From Octopus sinensis (lineage: Eukaryota), in assembly GCF_006345805.1 (NCBI RefSeq), contig NC_043004.1:14694001-14758000 (forward strand): a stretch of 64,000 bases of DNA, given 5' to 3'. The position numbers and the translations under genes were made by a program. Each line of letters starts with the position of its first letter. Position 1 is the stretch's first letter. This document shows, piece after piece, positions 55,778 through 64,000 of the stretch. Under the pieces are notes generated by a model. It searched no databases. It worked only from the letters and a program-made list of their open reading frames with translations, and was not told the DNA's origin.

Positions 55778-55899
55778 ATGTGTGGTGAGTGTGTGTGTGC
55801 ATGATTGTGTATGGGTACATATGCGTGTGTGTGTTTCTGTGGGCGTATCTTTGTATGGATTTAGATATAAATGTATACATGTAAGTGGGTATTAATGCA

Positions 55900-56050
55900 T
55901 TGTGTGTCTGTGGTTTGATAAAAGGAATTCCTCCAAGCCCCAAAGTTCCGTGTTCAGTCCAACCGGGCAAGTATCGTATACTATTGCCCCGGGACGACCA
56001 AAGACTTGTGATTTGGTACTCGGAAGCGTAAACGTCCATCGTATATATAT
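55900..56050 (+). mobile_element. Diverged 5' half of the microsatellite-containing SINE
   Basis: gggcaagtat..actattgccccgggacgaccaaagacttgtga..cgtatatata aligns with 11490-11585. Confidence 0.6.
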
Positions 56051-56051
56051 A

Positions 56052-56600
56052 AGGATCAAAGTGCCAAAAGATCTACCACAAAGAAAAATATAATAATAAT
56101 GAATGGCATGACGGAACTTGATTATTGGGCTCGACTTAAACAGCTGAAACTCTCTTCTCTGCAACGCCGCCGTGAGCGATATATTATTTGCACCATGTGG
56201 AAATTATTCCACCAATATTATCCGAATGATATTGGCATTATGTTTACAATTCACCCAAGACTAGGCCTCGGTGCTATGCGTCATGTATAAAGGTCGGGAT
56301 TACATGACATAAGAACATTGCGAGGCAATTTCTTCACTGCAAATGGTCCTGCAATTTTCAAAGTTATCCCCAAAGAAATTAAAATAGAAAAAGACCCCAC
56401 AACTTTCAAACGGGACTTGGACAAATGCCTCCAGGAAATACCGGATAAACCACCTACCTACACCTGGATACCTCTCAACCAACAGCAACTCTCTGCTCGA
56501 GTGGTCCATGGTGTCCCGAAGTAATTAACTAAAAGAATTTTCCAGGTGGTACTATCGAGTTAGTCATGGCCTGGGCCGATAATGGCCAAAACTAATCTAA
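56052..56600 (+). mobile_element. 5'-truncated CR1-like LINE (RT C-terminal region + 3' UTR)
   Basis: MTELDYWARLKQLKLSSLQRRRERYII and F..NGPAIFKVIPKEIK..PTTFKRDLDKCL..IPDKP. The 3' UTR is shared with 60278-60371. Confidence 0.8.
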
Positions 56601-56622
56601 GTTTTATATATATGAATTCGAC

Positions 56623-56706
<84 letters not shown>

Positions 56707-56779
56707 TTATATATATATATATATAATATATATATATATATAATATATAATATATATATATATAATATATCATATATAT

Positions 56780-56812
<33 letters not shown>

Positions 56813-57406
56813 GCAGGTCGAATTCATATCTATAGCAGTCTTAGTAAACAGTAACCATTTCAACACTTCATGGAAGTTGATATATAAAAATGTACATTCA
56901 TATACATGCATAATCCCTGATTCATAAATGTGTGTGTCTGTGTATATTTGTGTGTATGTGTATGTGAGAGAGTGTGTGTCCGTTTATACTATCTGCTCCC
57001 TCCTTTTTTCCTCCTCTGGTCATGTTCCTCTTTCCGACAATGAGCCGTGTTCGAATCGTCATTTTTACTACTACATTTGCACCTGGAACTTTCATTGGTC
57101 GTCAGTCTAGTACATTCCCTATGTAAAGCCAGTTCCCTTTTGTAGATTTTCCCTGTGTGTTTTTTCTTGGAATTGCTTATACATACATACATACATACAT
57201 ACATACATCATACATACATACATACATATATGTATATATATATAATGCTTCTGTGTCACAGAATAGTAACAAATCTACTAGATGTCTGGTGGGAAAATAA
57301 TTCCAGTTCCTCTTATATTTTTTTATAATTTCATGCATTTCATATATTTAAACGAAATTTTGAAGTCATGGTGGGAGAAAAGTTTACTAGTGGTTAGCTG
57401 ACAGCC

Positions 57407-57462
57407 TTTGACTGAAGAAACTCAGGCACCTGTTTGGCCATTATTTCGAAACCGGTACCAAA
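57407..57462 (+). ncRNA. Eroded hammerhead-like motif
   Basis: UUUGA-CUGAAGA...UUUC-GAAA-CCGG-UA-CCAAA. Palindromic ACCGGU stem III, but stem II is broken and there is a mismatch at the base of stem I. Confidence 0.4.
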
Positions 57463-57657
57463 TTGAACAGCATTACTTCTGCTGACCTAGCAGAGGTAAG
57501 ATGCTTTTAATGTTCACTGGAATTTTTCCTACCAGGCCTCTATTAGATTTGTAACTATCCTGTGTCACACAAGTATTTTTGTATTCTATTTTTAGCGATG
57601 TAGGGGCTGATGTATTGCCGCCGTTTGTGTACACACACACACGCACACGCACACACA

Positions 57658-57698
<41 letters not shown>

Positions 57699-57814
57699 CG
57701 TGTCTTATATTGTATGTATATATTTCATTAATTTGCCTGTACGACTGATAATTCGCCTGACACTTGTGCTGAGATTCAAATAATACCATCCCCCTTACAT
57801 ATATATATATATAT

Positions 57815-57860
<46 letters not shown>

Positions 57861-58018
57861 TATATATATAAATATATATATAATGTACACACCACACACC
57901 ACACACATATAAATACAAATATATACATATACACACGCGCGTGCATATATCTATATATAATGAATATCAATGAAGTTGTATAAATAAATCGTATATGTAT
58001 TCATTTGACATTGCTTAC

Positions 58019-58103
58019 CTGAAGAAAAACACCGCCCCGACTGTTGTTCTGTGGCCATCTAAATACCCATTCCATAAAGGGCCTGGGAGACCGCAGTTTT
58101 TTT
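58019..58103 (-). CDS. Internal exon, N-terminal half of a sushi/CCP domain (xKNCGLPGPLWNGYLDGHRTTVGAVFFF-R), phase 1 to 2
   Basis: Acceptor ttttctttcgagttacag| and donor AG|gtaagc. 85 nt open. C-x2-P-x4-NG motif of a CCP start. Splices in frame to the exon at 53110 (AG+A = Arg, then Cys). Confidence 0.9.
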
Positions 58104-59918
58104 CTGTAACTCGAAAGAAAACATATAATAATGTAAACTTGTTTAACATTTAATATTTCTCTGAATTCATTCCATGTATTGAAAGCTGGTAACATTTCCT
58201 TTCCATTTCTATTGATGCAGTGATATATTTGTACATAAAATGTAAACATACGGCGCAAGAGACAAAAGATTCATAACTTAAGGAGCTATTTATGAAAGTT
58301 ACGTATTTAAAGAAATGAAACAGTACGTTATGTAATTCTGTAATTCTGAAACATACGACATATTTTAATGTTCCTTCTGACAATCTAAATTCGCAGAAGA
58401 ATAATAAAGTTTGTGTAGTTTAGCCTGCGAAAATACCATGAGTAAAGACATATTAATATTTGCAAATATAACGTTAAATATCATGCTTACATAATTATGT
58501 TGAGAGCAGTGTGACCTCTAAGATATATACCAAGTACATAAATACAGGAAAATATTCATAAGAGTCTATTATTTACTGCTTTAAGAAAGTTTTACTGCTT
58601 TAAGAAAATCAATCATACGAATGAAATATGCATCTTCGGCATAATTTCGATCGAAATGCAATTATCTGTTGATCGTGATGACAGATATTAAATACGATGC
58701 GAATGACAAACTTACATGATGATGATGTAGAGGAGAAAGAAAGAGGAAAGAAACAGAGGATGGGGATCATGGGTTTGGAAATAATTTTTACTGTAAATGG
58801 GAAATTATTTTATACATGTTTGATTTGAAGTTTGTAATTCAAAATGTAGCGTCGTTATAAACTTCACGTTTAGGTGGGGTTCTGGATATTTCATTAAAAA
58901 GGAAAGATATATTTCCATAATCGTTTTCTTTCGTTTTTGATGTTAATTTACTTTCAACGGATTCAAAATAAATATATTTTTTCTAATGTTTAATAAATCA
59001 AATACAATATTGATATTCGTTTTATAATGACTATTGAAAAATAATAACCTTCAGCTAAATAGTGATATTAGAATTATTTTTTAATCTCTTCTTTTATAAT
59101 CAATATTTAATATAATATAATGTGTGTGCATATATTTGAACGTATTGAATATGAGACAAAACATAAATTCGAAAAGATTTACAAAAGAAAAAAAATGGTT
59201 AAAGGAAAGATTTTAGTTTAAATATTATGATGAATGGGTGTATAAGGAAATTGATTGGAAATGAAGTTGTTTATCAACAAACATTTCTAGTAAATGTAGC
59301 TTTTTGTAGCATGGCAAGCTCTCGATGATCTTTCAACTTTAGCAGATACTCTGAAATATATGCTGAAAATGAAGGAACAGGGAGAACAAAAGCAAGTGGG
59401 GAGAAAATACTGGAGACAAGAGAACTAGTTGATTGATGACAAAATAATTCTGGTAGTAATAGTAGTAGAAGTAGAGAGAGAGAAATAGAAGAAGGAGGAA
59501 TCTCCTAGAAATACGCTGTAAATGCTGCAAGAAAAATAGAAAAGAAATGAATCTGATGAAATTAGAATCTGAATAAATTGAGGCGAGATATATTAAAAAG
59601 CAATGCTTGAAGGGAAACTTGTGAAATATTATTTCTCGTACTCTTTTGTTCATTAGATCTTTCAAAATAAGTTTTGACGGCTATGGCAATAATAGGTCAC
59701 TTCCCTTTAGTTGATTTATTGATTTCGCTTTAGTTTATAGTTTATTTAAGGCAATGAATTGACAGAAATCGTAACGAACAAAATGTTTTGCAGTATTGCA
59801 TCCGTCTATCTAATATTGAGCTCCTGTCCTGGCAACATGAGATTTATATCTCCCTCTCTCCAGCTCTCTCTTACTCTCTCTATCTGTATATATATAATAT
59901 ATATATATTATATATATA

Positions 59919-59964
<46 letters not shown>

Positions 59965-59966
<2 letters not shown>

Positions 59967-60185
59967 TCTTTGTTCTTTTATTTGTTTCAGTCATTTGACT
60001 GGCCGTGCTGGAGCATAGTCTTTAGTCGAACGATTAGAAACTAGGTCAATCTTTGTAAGCATAGTACTTTTTCTATCGGTCTCTTTTGCCGAACCGCTAA
60101 GTTACGGGAATATAAGCACACCAACATCGGTTCTCAAGTTAAGGAGGGGGACAAAGACAGACACAAAAACACGCACAACACACAT
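59965..60185 (-). mobile_element. 3' half of the microsatellite-containing SINE
   Basis: Reverse complement of the 61560-61755 tail (tgctccagca.ggcc.cagtcaaatgactgaaac). Confidence 0.7.
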
Positions 60186-60230
60186 ATATATAATATATAT
60201 ATATATATATAGGGAGAGTTTACAAAAAAT

Positions 60231-60273
<43 letters not shown>

Positions 60274-60277
60274 TATA

Positions 60278-60371
60278 TACTTTGATACTTTGATACTACT
60301 TTGATACTTTGATACTTTGATAGGTTTCGGCCATTATTGGCCCAGGCCATGTCCAACTTAATAGCACCACC
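60278..60371 (-). mobile_element. Very short CR1-like 3' end with an (ATCAAAGT)n octamer tail
   Basis: Reverse complement ggtggtgctattaagttggacatggcctgggccaataatggccgaaaccta matches 56545-56595 and is followed by about 5 octamer repeats. Confidence 0.75.
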
Positions 60372-60913
60372 ATATATATACATAGCAGATAAGAAAATGG
60401 AGAAAGACGTTACTTGGTTCATCAACTTTGGGACATTAAAATTTTGACTTATTTTTTTAATCCCTTAATGTAAATGTCCTCAGTTGGTATTGGTATATCC
60501 TTTAGTGATGAGTCCATCTTTATTATCTCCATTTTTCCAACAGTATTCATTTTGAGGGACTATCATACCATACTCAACACCAGCAATACCCCAAATATTG
60601 CATATCTATTTTATACATATACAAGTATTAGTAATAGTTATTCCTCATTTAATTATTATTTAACACCAAGAAAGTTAGGGGTTGTAGATCCAACCCACTA
60701 AGGGATACTACATATCCAATATACTGTTGATATAATACCTAATTATTAATACACAAGTAATTTTAATTGCAATGCAATAAACTTACTTGTATTAAATGGG
60801 TGAAGGTAAAGAAATATCTTACCATTAATTTATATTACAAATAAGAAAATGGAGAAACACATTAGTTGGTTCATGAAATTTAGGACATTAAAATGTTGAT
60901 CTACTTATTTAAT

Positions 60914-60999
60914 TCCTTAATGTAAGGGCTTCCTTAATGTAAGGGCTTCCTTAATGTAAAGGCGTCCTTAATGTAAGGGCTTCCTTAATATAAGGGCTT
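60914..60999. repeat. Minisatellite, 5 x 17 bp (TCCTTAATGTAAGGGCT)
   Basis: Direct reading; copies 3 and 5 have substitutions. Confidence 0.95.
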
Positions 61000-61120
61000 C
61001 TTTCAGTTTCTGTCTACCAAATTCACTCACAAGGGTTGGTCAGCCCTAGGTTATAGAAGAAAATAATTTCCAAAGGTGCCACGCAGTGGGACTGGACGCG
61101 AAACCATGCAGTTTCGGGGT
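60997..61120 (-). mobile_element. Diverged 5' part of the microsatellite-containing SINE
   Basis: Reverse complement of cagtcccactgcgtggcacc...gtagacagaaactgaaagaag. Confidence 0.65.
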
Positions 61121-61246
61121 CCACAAAACAAAGTACCAGTCAGGCAGTTGTTTCAACGGTGTCCACTACCTCCCTCTTTTTCCTCAGATTTCAGACTTTG
61201 TGATGAAATGAGAAAGAAATATTGTGTTGGTGTAGGGGATAGGCAT

Positions 61247-61434
61247 AGGAGTGGCTGTGTGGTAAATAGCTTGCTTACCAACCACATGGTGCAGGGTCCA
61301 GTCCCACTGCGTGGATCTTGGGCAAGTGTTTTCTACTATAGCCTCGGGCCGACCAAAGTCTTGTGTGTGGATTGGTAGACGGAACTGAAAAAAAACCCAT
61401 CGATATATTATATATATATATATATGTATATATA

Positions 61435-61506
<72 letters not shown>

Positions 61507-61755
61507 ATTATATATATGTGTGGTGTGTGTTGGTGGTGTGTGTGTATGTTTGTGTGTCTGTGTTGTCCCACCAACATCGCTTGAAACCGATGCTGGTGTG
61601 TTTAGGTCCCCGTAATTTAGCGGTTCAGCAAAAGACCGATAGAATAAGTACTAGGCTTACAAAGAATAAGTTCTGGGGTCGATTTGCTCGACTAAAAGTA
61701 GTGCTCCAGCATGACCGCAGTGAAATGACTGGAACAAATAAAAGAATAAAAGAAT
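61247..61755 (+). mobile_element. SINE-like element with internal microsatellite
   Basis: Colinear with 11422-11810. Confidence 0.88.
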
Positions 61756-61823
61756 GTGCAGTAGACTATTATTATGCTGGCATTTACTACTACTAGAACA
61801 ACAACAACAACAACTACTACTAC

Positions 61824-61854
<31 letters not shown>

Positions 61855-62610
61855 GCTGCTGCTTGATAACGCATCTAAAAGTACTTCTTGTTCATTCTGA
61901 TCTATTACTATGAAATTGAGGATTACTAAAGCTAACTACATGAGGTTAAGCCGAATCATATTACAAAACCAGCAACATTCACTCCCTCTGATCATACGAC
62001 TTTTGGAATACTTGAGAAAATATGTTTTGTGATTATTAGATATGAAACTTTCGCTAAGTTTCGTCGCTCAAGTACAAAAATTTCCCTAACAGGCAATTTT
62101 TTTTGTAATAGTATGAAAAAATAGTTTTAAGCTGGAATAATATTTAGTGTGTCGAAAACAAATGCAGTACGAAATTTATTCTAGATCTGTACATTCTGAG
62201 TTAAAATCCTGCCGAGATCAACTTTGTCATTGATCTTTGATGGGTTCATACGTTAGGGTACCACTCAAGGGCTGGAGTCGAAAACATCGACGAATCGCCT
62301 CTCTTCGAAACTGTTCGCCTTGTGGCTAAACCCTAAACCATTACACTAGTAAGATATCCATATGTATCTTGTATACTAATCAGACGGAAACATTTGCAAA
62401 TGTACCAAGGTACATATTGCCGAATATTACAGATAATTTATCTAAAACCTGAAGCAGTGAACATTGTGACTGACAATGAAACTCATGGAATATTTTCTAG
62501 CTGTTGAACAGACTATAAAACTGACAGGTGTCTAAATTATCATATATCTTGCAGAACAGTCATATACAAATATATATATACATATATACACACATACATA
62601 CACACATGTC

Positions 62611-62669
<59 letters not shown>

Positions 62670-63765
62670 CAGCACGAATAGTTTGCTAATACTTATACAG
62701 TTATTGTAATTTTGTTATTAATATTTTCTCTTTAATGGAGTCTCTAACCAGTTGTTTGTTTCACATAATTGATTAATAGCCAATAAACAGCTTCTCTTAT
62801 TGAATTTGCTGAGACCGATAAAATAGAATATAAAATCAACAACTGTTCATATCTCATGTTTAATAAACATATATGCAATCAAATGCCCTTGCTCCAGATG
62901 TATATTCTAATTTCCTGTGTATATAATGGTTTACATAATCAATTTCATGAATAACCTTTATAAACCTATCAGAAAATACGCAAGTGTTCTTTAGTAGAGC
63001 GTGCATATAAAAATATGCATACAACACAGGTTTTCTTCTGCTTTTACGTAAATTATCATCAACAATGTTTTGTGTTATTACACCAAACAGACTGATAACT
63101 CAACTAGACGATTAAGGTTACTCTTCTCTCGAACGAAGCAAAATATTTATATTTGAATATGTATTACAATATATAAACACACGCACATGTACATACACAT
63201 ACATACATATACACGCATACGTGAGTGTTTGTGTGTGCATGTGTGTATGTGTCTGCGTGCATGTGCATTATAAAAGAAACAGATTTGGATCCCGATCAAT
63301 ACGACAAATACAGAACTTTAATTGAAGCCATTCGTTGATTCTTTAGTTCCTACGTATCTTTGTATCGTAATCAGTCTCAATGTCATTGACCGCGGAATCA
63401 ATACCGCAGCTGTTATTATATTTGGACAATTCTTTCTATAACTTTTGTTGTTATCCTTTTATCGTATATTTAGTTGAACTTTAATTTTACACGTTGATAA
63501 TTCACTCTGTCACAAACCTGCTTTCAAGTAAATCAATAATGAAGTGTCATAATTCTGTTGCCTTTCATGTATTACTAATTATTTCATAAGAACAGTTAGA
63601 GATGTATCGTAGACACGTCAAATACTATAAATTACTGCTTATTACCAAAAAGTAAAAATGAGAATAAATATTGTAATCAAAGGAAACAAGAATTTCTGTT
63701 TGTATTTGTATGTTTACGTTAATTGTAATGACCCTAAGAATTAGTCTTTCGTATAGAAATATACG

Positions 63766-64000
63766 TGGAGGCGCGTGGCTTAGTGGTTAGGGTGTCAGCA
63801 TCATGATCGTAAGATTGTGGTTTAGATTCCTGGACCAGGTGACGCGTTGTGTTCTTGAGCAAAACACTTCATTTCACGTTGCTCCAGTCCACTCAGCTGG
63901 CAAAAATGAGTAACGCTGCGATGGACTGGCGTCCCGTCCAGCTGGGGAACACATACGCAACAGAAATTGGGCCCATGAGCCTGGCTAGGCTTTAAAAGGG
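63766..64000 (+). mobile_element. tRNA-derived SINE (head B + conserved-domain-like body), cut by the window end
   Basis: tggaggcgcgtggcttagtggttagg A-box, ggtttagattcct B-box-like motif, then cttgagcaaaacac and ctgcgatggactggcgtcccgtccag motifs like those of conserved SINE central domains. Confidence 0.85.

Overview
AT-rich, microsatellite-dense metazoan DNA. The repeat families (tRNA-derived SINEs, mariner MITEs, Penelope, CR1, Helitron) look like an octopus-type cephalopod genome; this is an inference from pattern recognition, not a search. The only host coding sequence I can support is three spliced minus-strand exons (58103-58019, 53110-53019, 49381-49205). They join in frame into two tandem sushi/CCP domains. 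The rest is intron or intergenic DNA filled with decayed transposons, and most long ORFs in the supplied track are microsatellite artefacts. The most striking structure is a set of hammerhead-ribozyme (HHR) motifs from several sequence families, all with a palindromic stem III of the Penelope type. The best is a young 131-bp inverted repeat (35045-35481, 4 mismatches) whose two arms each carry an intact core with a GUC cleavage site. Each core also has a second upstream GUC that fits an alternative fold. A second HHR-bearing foldback lies at 44329-44501. Ribozyme activity and transcription are not shown by the sequence and need testing.
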